From Eledone cirrhosa (lineage: Eukaryota), in the NCBI GenBank assembly GCA_964016885.1, contig OZ024759.1, forward strand, positions 17,236,001 to 17,300,000: a stretch of 64,000 nucleotides of DNA, read 5' to 3'. Below, piece by piece: positions 45,501-57,690 of the stretch. The stretch's first letter is position 1. Every line of letters begins with the position of its first letter. The notes beneath the pieces were generated by a model. That model did no database searches and was not told the origin of the DNA. It saw nothing but the letters and a program-made list of their open reading frames with translations. A program made the position numbers and the translations under genes.

Positions 45501-48500
45501 ATCACTGGATGGATTTTACAGGCAAAACCAAGTGGCAGGAGACCCAGTGGTAGAACCCAAACAAGATGGTTGGATAACATCCATGAACTTAGCTAGTCTC
45601 ATTTGGGGATCCAGTTAGATTAGTTGGAGATGTTTGCTTCTGACAGGACCCTGTTGGTAAGAGTGTTTGAGAACTCTGCCCCAATGACCCTCTTAGAAAT
45701 ATGTGGGCAAAGAAGAAAGGGAACGTTGATCATATTGTGCCTCAGTATTTAACTGGTATGTTATTTTATTAATGGGAAAGAGGATTTGAACTCAAAATGT
45801 AAAGGGCCATAACTCTATGCTGCAAAGCATGGTGTTTGATACTCTACCGATACTCAGCCTAATAATTGTTTCTATTTTTGGCACAAGGCCAGCAATTACC
45901 CAGTACATTACTGGTACTTTATGTTATCGACCCCGTAAGGATGAAAGGCAAAGTTAACCTCAGCGGGATTTGAACTCAGATACTCAGCCTAATAATGATT
46001 TCTAGTATAGGCACAAGGCAATCATTGGGGGGGGGGGGGGGCGATTAAATCGACTCCGGTGCGTTACTCGTGCTTTATTTTATCGACCCCGTAAGGATGA
46101 AAGACAAAGTTAACCTCAGACCGTACCTCTATGCTGCAAAACATGGCATCTGAGTCTCTACCAATACTGCCAATCCACCACCCTACTCAGCCTAATAATA
46201 ATAACAACCTTTAACCCTTTAACATTTAAACCCACTGTATCCGGCCAGAATTCTCTCACCTCTTTCTGTCCAAACAGGCCATAACCAGTTGCTCATACTG
46301 ATGTGAAGGTATTGTTCTCAAAATAAATATCAAAATCTCATAGATTCAATATTATGTAAGATAATTGTGTAAAGTAAAGACTTCACCGTGAAAATACAAT
46401 AGTAAATATAGAGTAATGTAAATGTTAAAGGGTTAAATACTGTTTACCTTTCATTAATTCCATCAAGACGAAATATCATTTTTATGAGGATGACCACATA
46501 TGCCATTGCTAAGATTTCCATCGGAGGTAAGGTTTTGCATTTAAAGCAGAAAGTCTCTGTTTTAGGGGAGATTATGTCGGTTACCAAACTCTGTAGCTCT
46601 CCTGTAAATGGAGGAAGTATGAAATTGTTGATAGAAAGAGAGATGAAGAACACTTAAACAAGACATTGAAATCAAATAAAAAAAAAACAATATTAACCCT
46701 TTTGATATGAAACCACTTCTGGTTTTCTCATACAAAATTGTTTATTTTAAAATGTTTATCGATATATATAAAACTGAGGATGTCTGTCTGTGTGTGTGTG
46801 AGTTTGAATCCCTAAAACTCGAGAACCACCCAACCGACTGTTTTCAAACTTTACACATGTAATACTTATGTTTCAGGAAGTGTTCTGAGCAGCAAAAAAA
46901 ATTTCTAATTTTCAATGCCCTAGGGACCGCATTAGGCGATTTAGCGATCTCTTTCTATAATTCTTAGTCTTTCTCTTTTTAGATAGATACATACATATAA
47001 CGTCGTGCCCTTATAATATATGTCTGTATGTCTGTGTTACGTCACTACCTACAATTCGCTCTGCATCCAGAACACGCCCTTATAATATGTCTGTATGTCT
47101 GCTGCCTCCGGTTATTCTGCCACCCTTGCTCAAGACAAATCTCACACTCATTCCCCAAACAGTTGGTAAGTGCACACAACTTCTTCCTCACGTTTTAAGC
47201 CACAGTGTTGCTTACTTATGTACCACCAGACCCTTACTTCTTTGCCAGCTGTGGTTGTGGCAATACTAAACTTAGCTAAGGTGGTTATATATTTCACAAT
47301 ACCTTATCCCGTGCAACGTCGGGTACCACTGCTAGTATTTATCTAAAATCCATGCATATTATGTATGAACCTTTATCAAGTTATTTTCCAAAAACCAGCT
47401 TAACTATATCAAATCACCTGAAACCACTTCTGTTTCTACTATACAAAATTGTTTATTTTAAAGTGTTTATATTTATCTAAAAGCCATACATTATAATATG
47501 TAAGAACTTTTGTTAAGTTATGTTCCAAAAACCAACCCAACTATTTGATGTCAAATCGCCAGAAACCACTCCTGGTTCTATCATATGAATTTGTTTATTT
47601 TAAAGTGTTTATATTTATCTAAAAGCCAGCAGTATTGGTAGAGTGTCAGACACCATGCTTTGCAGCATAGAGTTATGACCCTTTACATTCTCAGTTCAAA
47701 TCCCGCTGAGGTTAGCTTTGCTTTTCATCCTTACAGGGTCGATAAAATAAAGCACCAGTAATGCACTGGGATAATTGCTGGCCTTGTGCCAAAAGAAGAA
47801 ACAATTATAATATGTAAGAACCTTTGTTAAGTTATTTCCCTATATCATGCCTCCATCCTTTATAATCGCATATCCTACAAAGTCGACTAACTTCCTCAAT
47901 ATGTTTCATCTACTTTATTCCAAGGGCTTGCTCCCATTATTATTATTATTGTTAGGGTAGTGGATTGGCACTAACGGTAAAGTGTCAGACACCATGCTTT
48001 GCAGCATAGAGTTATGGCCCTTTACGTTCTAAGTTCAAATCCCGCCGAGATTAGCTTTACCATTCTTCTTTATGGGGTTGATAAAATAAAGCACCAGTAA
48101 CGCACTGGGGTCAATTTAATCGACTTTCCCTCTCCCCTTCAAATTGCTGGCCTTGTGGCTAAAGTAGAAACAATTATTATTATTATTTGTATTGTCGCCT
48201 ACATGTCGGCCCTTGTGGCTAATAAATGAAATCATTATTATTATTGTTGTTGTTGTTATTATTATTATTATTACCATCATCATCATTATCAAATATATTC
48301 ACCTGGCAAATTTAACTGACAAATGCATTTCTGAACTATTTTCAAAACTGGTATTTTAGGAATGTCCTCAATTTTCATGAAGTAAATCAGTTGACCACAC
48401 AATACACGGATCCTTTTGGTGCTTATAATATTCTAGAAAGAAATTCAAATGAAATTTTAAAAAATTAGACAACTAATCCACAATGATTTCCATCAAGATA

Positions 48501-49314
48501 TACACACATCATTATTCATCATTCGTTTTTCGATACTGGCATGGGTTGGAAAGGTTGTCACGGAACAAATCAGTTCATTATTAGAGCTACTGTCTTCACA
48601 GACTGGTGCTGTGAGTAAATTTCGCTTTCCTTATTCTAGTTTTAGTGTAATTTCTATAGTTGGATGCCCTTCCTGTCACCAACCACATTATAGAGTGTAT
48701 TGGCTGCATTTTATCATGACTTCCCCACCAACACTAGGGAGGTTGTCATGTCTTTGACACAACTAAAGAGTCATCAGAGAAAGGGTTAAAAGTGGTACTC
48801 ACAGGAAGGAAGGTTTAAAGTGGTACTCACAAGAGGGAAGGTTTAAAGTGATACTCAAAAGAGGGAAGGTTTAAAATGGCACTCACAAGAGGGAAGGTTT
48901 AAAATGATGCTCACAAGAGGGAGAGTTTAAAGTGATACTTACACTAGGATTAAAAGTAAGTGTATCTTCTGTGAAAAACTTGAAATTTTCAGGAAACTGT
49001 GAAGATATGTTCAAGTAGGGAATTTTACCATTTCTAATCCACCTAATACAAACCAAATTGACAAAGATAAGAAAACTTATATATAAATATATATATTGTA
49101 TATAATATATGTGATTCAGAAAATTATTGGTGGTGGTACCAAAACGAGTACTCGATGCTTAGGCACAGTCTATATATCTGATAAGCAGATTGATAATGGA
49201 GTTGGGTTCATAACGTCTATGGGTGGCTCTGAGCCAATCCTCTGTGAAACACATGTAACAAGTCGATACACAATAAAAAACTAAATACATCTAAACAAAA
49301 CTTCATTGATTTTC

Positions 49315-49362
<48 letters not shown>

Positions 49363-52300
49363 GATATATATATATATATATATAATGGCTGACTGAATAT
49401 GCATGACCTCTGTCCTCTGAGGCGTTTTTGCCCATTGCTGTCATTAACACCATTTGGCTATCTTAACAGCTGTTCTAGCAATGAGTTTTCTCTTTTTTAT
49501 ATGAATTTAAATACACTCTTACACAATGTTTATTCAGTTAATATATATATATTGTTATACTTATTGTTATATATATATATATTGTTATACAATGCTGCCA
49601 ATAAAAACATACGCACCTGTCAAAGCTCTTTTGTCACACATTCTGTGACCTCCTCGGTGACTGGGTTTTTATTTTGTGTCGCTCCTTTGTTCTGTCCTAC
49701 ACCATCTTTTTGACAGTATATAAACAACCATCCAGTTATTGAACCAACCAACAAACCGGAAATTTATAATAAATTGAAGTGAAAACCAACAGGTGTGTGT
49801 GTTTTTATTGGCAACATGACCCTCCCAAAGTATAACAATATATGTTTCAACACACGTTTTCAGATAAGAAATCTTGCAAAACAAATTAAAAAATGAAGTA
49901 TATATATAAAGCAAATATACAAATAAATAAAAATAGAAAGAAAAGTGCTCTTGTTTTATATTTCATAGTAGAAAAAGGCTGAATAGAAGAAACTAAAGCA
50001 ACAAACCTAACAATATCAGACGGCATAGTGAGATTATTAGTATAGAGAAGTCCAAGGTAACAAAAGGCAATGGTCTTCCCCATTGTCATACGACGAACAT
50101 TGTTATATATGGAATTGCAGAAGCAAGCTGATGGAGACCTTCGTTTCTTCTTAACCAACCCTATCATTCGGCACGTCATTGGCCTCACGACTGGTGACTT
50201 GCTTTTCTTAAATGCTATATCTCTGGAATTATGAAAATTGGAATAAAAGCATTATATATACAAACATATATATATATATACATACATTATATTATATATA
50301 GAATTCAAAGTTGGAAAGCTACGACAATGCAGGTTTGGACAGAGAAAAAATCAAAACACAAAAAGTAGGGTTTGTTCTTTTTACCTTAATTTATTTATAT
50401 GACCTGATAAATTAAGGTAAAAAAGAACAAACCCTACTTTTTGTGTTTTTATTTTTTTCTCTGTCCAAACCTGCATTGTCGTGACTTTCCAACTTCGAAT
50501 TCTATATACCATATACAATACTTCAAGTAAACTACAAATTCCTTCATTAAATTATATATATCATCATCATTTAATGTCCATTTTACCTGCTAGCAAGGGT
50601 TGGATGTGTTGTCACAGACAGAGTAAATACTCAAGCAGAGCAACTGACCTCTACTAAGTACATTTTATCATGGCACCAACACTAGGGAATTTGTTATGTC
50701 CTTCAAACAAATGAAGAGTCCGCTTTACCCTTTGTTTGGTAAATTTTCTATGGCTAGATGCCATTTCTATCACTTGTATATATATCAAGTGTAAAACTAA
50801 TAATATATTTCTTCATTGTAATATGCCGTTTGCTTTGTTATTTCTGTTTGTCTTTTGCATACATAATCTCTATATATATATGATGATATATGTTATATAT
50901 ATTACATATATCATCATCATCATTTATTGTCCATTTTCCACACTAGCATGGGTTAGATGAGTTGTCTCACTGTGAGACATCGAATCAGGTGACTGTGTCT
51001 TGCTCATACAGAACTGATTTTGGCTTGATTTCTGCAGCTGGATGCCTTTCCTAACACCAACCACATTTACTGTGTGAACTGGGAGCTTTTTGTCGTGGCT
51101 CCAAAACAACTACTTTACAGTATGTATGCGTGTATATTTATATATAATGCTTTTTTTCAATTTAGTACATAATTGGAGCTACTGTCCACCCATATGGGCT
51201 GGGGGAAGAGGCATGTCTCACTTACACAGGTTTCAGTTTTCACATGGTTTCTACCTGATGCCCTTTTTATCACCAACTATGTTATAGAGTGTAATGGGTG
51301 CATTTTATCAGGGCACCAACACTAGGCAAATTATCATATTCTTGACACAACTAAAATTGTCCTCTGAACTCCTTGTTTGGTAAGTTTTCTATAGCTAGAT
51401 GCTGTTCCCAACATCAGCTATTTCACAAAATGTACAGGATGGATTTTATCAGTTTTGGCATGGTTTCTACAACTTGATGCCCCTTTTATCACCAACTACT
51501 TTACACAGTGTAATAGGTACATTTTACCATGTCACCAACACTAGGCAGATTGTCATGTCCTTGACACAACTAAAATTCTCCTCTCAACCCTCTGTTTGTC
51601 ATATTTTCTAATTTGATAAATGATACTCTAATTTAGGACTTACCGAGATCTTGTTGGGAATTTCAAAATGAAAGCTTTTTGCCCATCTAGATCCTCATGG
51701 AATGCAACATTTGCTTTGATAAGGTACTTCACCCACAAATCAAACACTACTTCCTGAAAATGAAGAGAAACAAAAACTTCTTTATGAGTGATCAAATGTT
51801 TGCTGGGCATCACAAATTAGTTGATAAATGATTAAGACCATCAACAAACCACTGTGTAAAAGACCTATCCAACCAGGGTCAAAATGTAAATGAAATAAAA
51901 CTGATGTAAAAATAATGTTTAGCTCTAGGTCAGAAGTTTTTGGAAGATTCTCTGTTGTAACAGCGACAAGAAACATTCAAAACACACCAAAAAAATCATC
52001 ATCATCACCACTATTTAACGTCTTTTTTATTTTTATCTGCTAGCAAGGGTTGCATGGATCTTCACAGACCAAGTCAGTACTTAAATGAAGCTACTGATCT
52101 CTCAGATGGGCTGGGGAGCTGCATACATACATTCTCATGCTGTACTGAATGAATTTTACTGTGGCTCCAACACCAGGGTGCTTGTCATGTCTTTCACACA
52201 ATTAAAGAGTCCTCCCAACCCCTTGTTTGGCAGGCTTTCTATGGTCGGATTCCCCACTTTCACCCAACACTTTACGTGAGTACTGGGTGCATTTATGGTG

Positions 52301-55300
52301 TAGATCACCAACACAAGAGAGGTTATTTTTCTGTTGACACACCTGAAGAGTTCCTCTCAACTCCTTTTGGCATGGTTTTTGCAGTAGGATGCCCTGCATA
52401 TCGCCAGCCACCTTACGAGAAAATCTCTTTTACATCCTTAACTCTTTTAGTTACCAACCCAGCCAAAACCGGCTCTGGTTCTATGAAATAAAATCACCCA
52501 TCTTCAAGGTTTCCAATTTGAATTAAAATCTTCCAACATAATTTTATACAAGAACGTTATATTAATTTACTATCTTAGTTCTGAAATAATTAATAATTTT
52601 AGTAAATCCTTCAAAATTCTTCAATAATTGATTAAACAGTGTATTTCATTAGAAATGCAATTATGAAAGAGTTAATTTGATTTCAAATATATATAGGTAC
52701 CTTTAATTTGGGGTCAGCCCCTAATCTTATTAAGGCCTTCACTTGCTCTTTTATCACAAACTGGAAACCCTCAGTAGTTGACCATTTGCAACCATATTTC
52801 TCAGCTGGAAAAAAAATTTAAATAAGAAAACAGCAGTTATAGTTAATTGGACGACAAGGTCACTTCAGAAGCTTTCTACAATCCAGAACCACATCATGAG
52901 ACTTATGAGTGGCAAGCGGCTCAGCAACCGTATCTGTATCAGTGAGCTGCTCAACATTACCAAACTTATACCAATTACATCAATTGTCAAGTCAAAAGTA
53001 TTCAAACAATACAGTCATATAAAAAGATCAACTCATGGTGTGAGTAGGTTATGCCTGGAAGGAAGCTTGGCTGCTAAGAGAAGCAGAGGCCGGCAGCCAA
53101 AACGATGGCTTGACAATGTCAACTTATGCCCTGGACTTGATCTTTGCTCTTTGAAATCTGCTGCTGGTGATCAAACTTTGTGGAGAGAGATATCACATGT
53201 TGATGCGCAGTCTGCAACTGGTGGAGTTTAGCATCACAAGAAAGCAGTTATAGTTAAAATATGGCTGAAGAACAAATTATCAACCAAGTAAATTATCATT
53301 ATTTTACACCTGCTTTCTAAGCTGGGATGAGCTGTACAGGGTATCATGGTTCAAGACAAAATAGTTCTTGCTCATATATTCTATAATAATTGTTTCTACA
53401 TTTAGCACTAGGCCAGCAATTTGGAGAAAGGAGAAAGTCGATTATATCAACGCTAGTGCATTACTGGTACTTTATTTTATCGACCCCGTAAGTATGAAAG
53501 ACAACGATAACCTGGATCTGTTTTTCTTCAGAGTTGCTGCCCTCCCAGATGAGCGGCCTTTCCCACAGCTTACTTGTGGCCACTTTGTCATCATCATCAT
53601 CATTGTTTAACATCCATTTTCCACATTAGCATGGGTTAGATGGGTCATCCCATTTGAAGTAAGTTGGGTCAGGTGACCATGTCTTACACATATAGGACTG
53701 TTTCTGGCTAAGTTTCTATGGCTGGATGCCCTTCCTAATGCTAACCACATTTACAGTGTGTGCTAGGTGAAAGTGACCGTGACTCCTACATGACCACTTT
53801 ACAGTGTGGGCTGGGTGCTTTTTACCATGACTCCTACACGACCACTTTACAGTGTGGGCTGGGTGCTTTTTGCCGTGATTCCTACACAACTACATTACAA
53901 TGTAGGCTGTGTGCTTTTTGCCATGACTCCTACATGACCACTTTACAGTGTGGGCTGGGTGTTTTTGCCATGACTCCTACACGACCACTTTACAGTGTAG
54001 GCTGGGTGCTTTTCGTAGTGACACCTACACGACCACTTTACAGTGTGGGCTGGGTGCTTTTTTGTCGTGACACCTACACGACTTCTTTAGTGTGGATTGG
54101 GTGCTTTTTGTTGTGACACCTACACAACCACTTTACAGTGTGGGCTGGGTGCTTTATATAAAATAATAAATATGATAGTAGCAATGGTAACTATTCTGTA
54201 TATACATACCATCAACAGCTACTGTCTTAGCTCTAGATGAGAATAAGTAATTTTCCTTGGCAAAATTATCAACTTCTGTATCAATCATTTGCTGCAATGA
54301 AAGTAAACAAAGATGGGAACATAGTGTGTGCTTTCGTTACCATATTTCTAACGACATGTAATATATTTCAATTAATTAATGAAGAATTTGGAGGAATTTA
54401 TTAAAATAATTAATTATTTCTAATGACATATAATATATTTCAATTAATTAATGAAGAATTTGGAGCGATTTACTAAAATAATTAATTATTTCTAATGACA
54501 TATAATATATTTCAATTAACTAATGAAGAATTTGGAGGGATTTAAATTTTTGTTTAATATTTCAATTAATTAATGAAGAATTTGGAGGAAATTATTAAAA
54601 TAATTAATTATTTCTAATGACATATAATGTATTTCAATTAATCAATGAAGAATTTGAAGAGATTTACTAAAATAATTAATTATTTCTAATGACATATATA
54701 ACATATTTCCATTAATTAATTAATGAATTTGGGAGAATTTACTGAAATTAATTATTTCTAATGACATATGTACTTAAATTATATATGACAAAAAAAGAAC
54801 ATTACGAACGTACACTTTACAATTACTGACATCACAACCCCCAGGTTATTCCAACCACCCCTATTATTTGGGACCCAAGAGTAGCTATAATTAGCTATAA
54901 GTGGATAAAACTGTACATTACTACCATATAATCACATATAACCAGATATAACTAGATCTAACTACCTTATAACTAAATATAACTGGATATAACTATCATA
55001 TAACCAGATATAACAAGACCTAACTTGTTGTAACTAGCTATAACGAGATATAACCACCATATATACCAGATATAACTGGATATAACAAGCTATAACTGGA
55101 TATATCAGGATATATATATAACTACTATATAACCAGATATTGCAAGACCTAACTAGTGGTAACCAGCTATAACTAGATATAACCACCATATATACCAGTG
55201 ATAACCAGATGTAACTAGATATAACTGGATATAACAAGCTATAACCTAATATTACTGGAGGTGGAGGAGGAATAAGGAAGAAAGAAAAATGTGATAACTC

Positions 55301-56670
55301 ACTGGTATTTGACTACAGCAGGTCAAGCAGTAATACATTCCATCGATATTTTCAAATTCAGTTTCATCACACACAGGACATATTGCTTTTGCTAGGAAAC
55401 AAGAAATATTATCATATTTTAGTCATGTTTTGTGGGGTTTCGTATCATTTATTTCACTAGCTGTGTATAAATTTAAAATATAAAAACTGCATAAAGGAAA
55501 AAAACTAATATACTATTTACAAAGAAGAAAAGAAAAAGTTCTTAGGAATGGAATACAGTAGTCCCCAGTGTTCAGAGGGGTTACATTCCTAGAGCACCGG
55601 CAAATATTGGACGTGGCCCATTAAAATGCCTGTAAACGTAAAAAAAGGAGCGTCCAATAGGCCGGCAAATACAGTATTTTATTATTAATTTAGTGTTAAA
55701 GTGATGCACACAAAGTTAGTTGGTTACTCCAGCGCCTCAACATTGCTATTATCCTGTCTTACCAATGTATCAGGTGATGTTCCTGGTGAGGGTGCGTGGT
55801 TATTCCAGTCTTAATCACCCTATCACCTGCGGAAATACTGCCAGTGTGTTGGCTTATCTTAAAAATTATTAGAGTGGAAACTCCAGCATCCCTTATTCGG
55901 GCCTGTGATTGAGTTTGTGCTTCTTCTCCCTCCCTTTATTTTTTAGTAATGTATTGAAAGAAATTCATGCTGTAAGACAGCTGGGTGTGAATCTAATCCA
56001 GAGACATTTGGCTGCTATTTCTAGCAGGTTGAACGCCCACACCACATAGAGGCTCCGCCTCCATTCTTATTTAGAGTTACTGTTCTTTTACGGGTCGGAG
56101 AACCACGATGAGCCCCAATGTTCAATTTGGAGGGAGATATGGTTTCGACAACTAGGTGCCTTCTTAACACTACTCTAACTTAGGTGTAGCGTCTGTAACG
56201 ACCCCCCCCCCCCTCTTTCTTTGCTTAATAATCCTTGCAATTTTCCACCCTTTTTCTCACATTTATAGTCTTTTCTAATAGTTTCTTTTTCTATAAGTAA
56301 TTTATCCAGTGTACTGGGTACATTTTATCATGACACAAGCACTAGTGAGGTTTATCTTAACGAGCCATATCTACTTTATGGTGCCTCCGTTCATTTAAGT
56401 ATATATCTTAAGTGTGGTGATTTGGCACCCGGTAAGGGTAATTAGACTCATGCCAAGGTAGAGATGATCCTCTTCTGAGTATCGAGCATCACTTGGTACC
56501 GATGACTCCCAGATAAATAAATCAGTAATTAACACAACGAAATAAAATAAAGAAGAAAACTAGAAAAAAAGGACAGCCTAATTACAAAAGAACCATGTTT
56601 TATATAGAGTCTAAAGTAATTATTTTAAAATTAAATTAGAAGAAAGAAACTACTTACTCTGTTCAGACAT
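41850..56670 (-). CDS. TAF1B: TBP-associated factor RNA polymerase I subunit B (TAF1B/Rrn7; 13 coding exons, ~638 aa)
   Basis: join(56658-56670,55303-55391,54210-54291,52701-52804,51644-51753,50007-50222,48943-49042,48303-48432,46448-46601,45002-45045,44381-44471,43329-43420,41850-42541) = 1917 nt, phases consistent. Motifs: N-terminal Zn ribbon CPVC...DGMYYCLTC, EGFQFVIKEQVKALIRLG, MTMGKTIAFCYLGLL...SDIVRWIRNGKIPYLN, AMAYVVILIKMIFRLDG, and C-terminal YQWLVSVCSYFI. Confidence 0.9.
43329..43420 (-). CDS. TAF1B: TAF1B exon 12
   Basis: DTTIVQDLDRFINHCKTSSRYNTRVSVNVK; phase fit. Confidence 0.8.
44381..44471 (-). CDS. TAF1B: TAF1B exon 11
   Basis: DNIFIWENWVSHM. Confidence 0.85.
45002..45045 (-). 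CDS. TAF1B: TAF1B exon 10
   Basis: KLSTFAAEYAKIAE; phase fit. Confidence 0.75.
46448..46601 (-). CDS. TAF1B: TAF1B exon 9
   Basis: LPPMEILAMAYVVILIKMIFRLDGINE. Confidence 0.9.
46759..47335 (+). mobile_element. Non-autonomous Helitron
   Basis: 5' TC(GATATATATAAAA); 3' hairpin CCCGtgcaacgtCGGG then CTAG; inserted between A and T with no TSD. The empty site gttta|tatttatctaaa is seen intact in sister repeats near 47464 and 47607. Confidence 0.85.
47955..48172 (+). mobile_element. Abundant tRNA-derived SINE family (many copies, e.g. 3490-3710, 11568-11970, 20060-20240, 22512-22705, 45860-46185 (-); 30208-30402, 39962-40150, 47630-47805 (+))
   Basis: GTTCAAATCCCGCCGAG..TTAACTTTGCCTTTCATCC..GGGGTCGATAAAATAAAG.ACCAGT..GGCCTTGTGCC consensus, (TTA)n tail. 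Confidence 0.8.
48303..48432 (-). CDS. TAF1B: TAF1B exon 8
   Basis: ...IVQKCICQLNLP. Confidence 0.87.
48785..48940. repeat. 29-bp minisatellite abutting the TAF1B exon 7 donor
   Basis: AAAGTGRTACTCACAAGAGGGAAGGTTT x5. Confidence 0.85.
48943..49042 (-). CDS. TAF1B: TAF1B exon 7
   Basis: WIRNGKIPYLNISSQFPENFKF. Confidence 0.9.
50007..50222 (-). CDS. TAF1B: TAF1B exon 6
   Basis: MTMGKTIAFCYLGLLYTNNLTMPSDIVR. Confidence 0.9.
50295..50560. mobile_element. Fold-back element family D (~100-bp arms, 50295-50508, plus tail) in TAF1B intron 5
   Basis: Near-perfect inverted repeat between TA tracts. Confidence 0.65.
51644..51753 (-). CDS. TAF1B: TAF1B exon 5
   Basis: EVVFDLWVKYLIKANVAF. Confidence 0.9.
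52701..52804 (-). CDS. TAF1B: TAF1B exon 4
   Basis: EKYGCKWSTTEGFQFVIKEQVKALIRLGADPKLK. Confidence 0.92.
53750..54155. repeat. ~46-bp SINE-internal tandem array (similar arrays at 7550-7840 and 21150-21420)
   Basis: GACCACTTTACAGTGTGGGCTGGGTGCTTTTT repeated ~8 times. Confidence 0.85.
54210..54291 (-). CDS. TAF1B: TAF1B exon 3
   Basis: QMIDTEVDNFAKENYLFSSRAKTVAVD; phase fit. Confidence 0.8.
54345..54770. repeat. ~73-bp AT-rich tandem repeat
   Basis: TTTCTAATGACATATAATATATTTCAATTAATTAATGAAGAATTTGGAG repeated ~5-6 times. Confidence 0.85.
55303..55391 (-). CDS. TAF1B: TAF1B exon 2 (zinc ribbon)
   Basis: KAICPVCDETEFENIDGMYYCLTCCSQIP. Confidence 0.92.
56658..56670 (-). CDS. TAF1B: TAF1B exon 1 coding part (MSEQ)
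   Basis: ATG TCT GAA CAG A|GTAAGT; phase 1 fits exon 2. Confidence 0.7.
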
Positions 56671-57189
56671 AACGCAAATAAACCAATTAATCTACTTCAC
56701 ACAACGTGGGAAAATAAACAACTAAAGAACCGGTGTAAGAGGAAATACTGTAGAGCATGTATAGATAGACCGATAGATTATTTCATTCGTTTACTTTTTT
56801 CTGCGACGCGTTGGCAGAGATTTTAGGACATCGGGTTTAAAATGCCTCTATATTTGTTCCCACACATTGCACTCTATGTTAAAATCCCACAGAGATAAAC
56901 AATGCTGGTCTGGCATTTTCTTTTTATCATCCTCGAAAGGATAAAAGGCAAAATGACCTCGGTGGGATTTGAACTCAGGGAGTCGGAACGAATATCGCAA
57001 AGCATTCTATCTGACCTTCTAATTAATCGTCCTATTCGCCACCCAATTTTAGATATCAGGTTATAACAAAAGTTCTGTCTGTTTTGTAAGGCTCAATAAA
57101 ACAATAAAAAAAACAATGTCATATTTATTTTCCATGCTTGCATAGGTTAGATGGACTGTCAGACGACTCTGTCTTGCTTGTATGCTTTG

Positions 57190-57690
57190 GGCTTGGTTTC
57201 TTCAGCTGGATATCCTTTCTGATGCCAACCACGTCACAGCAAGTAGCATGGTTTCTACAGCAGGATGCCCTTCCTAACATCAACCACCTTACAGAATATA
57301 CTGAGAGCATGGTTTCTACTGCTGGATGCCCTTCTTAACATCAACCACCTTACAGTATGTACTGGAAGCATGGTTTCTACTGCTGGATGCCCTTCCTGAT
57401 GTAAACCACTTTACAGTGTGTATTAGGAGCATGGTTTCTACAGTTGAATGCTTTCCTAACGACAGCTATTTTATAGATGGCTAGATGCCCTTCCTGATAC
57501 AAATCACTTTACAGTATGTACTGGGAGCACAGTTTCTACAGCTGGATGCCCTTCCTAGCACCACCTTATAGCATGTACTGTGAACATGGTTTCTATAGCT
57601 GGGTGCCTTTCCTAACACCAACAACTTTACAATGTGTACTAGGAGCACAGTTTCTACAGCTGGATGCCCTTCCTAGCACCAACCACAAAT
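57190..57690. repeat. ~65-bp tandem amplification of a SINE segment
   Basis: GGTTTCTAC.GCTGGATGCCCTTCCTAA..CAACCAC repeated ~8 times. Confidence 0.8.
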
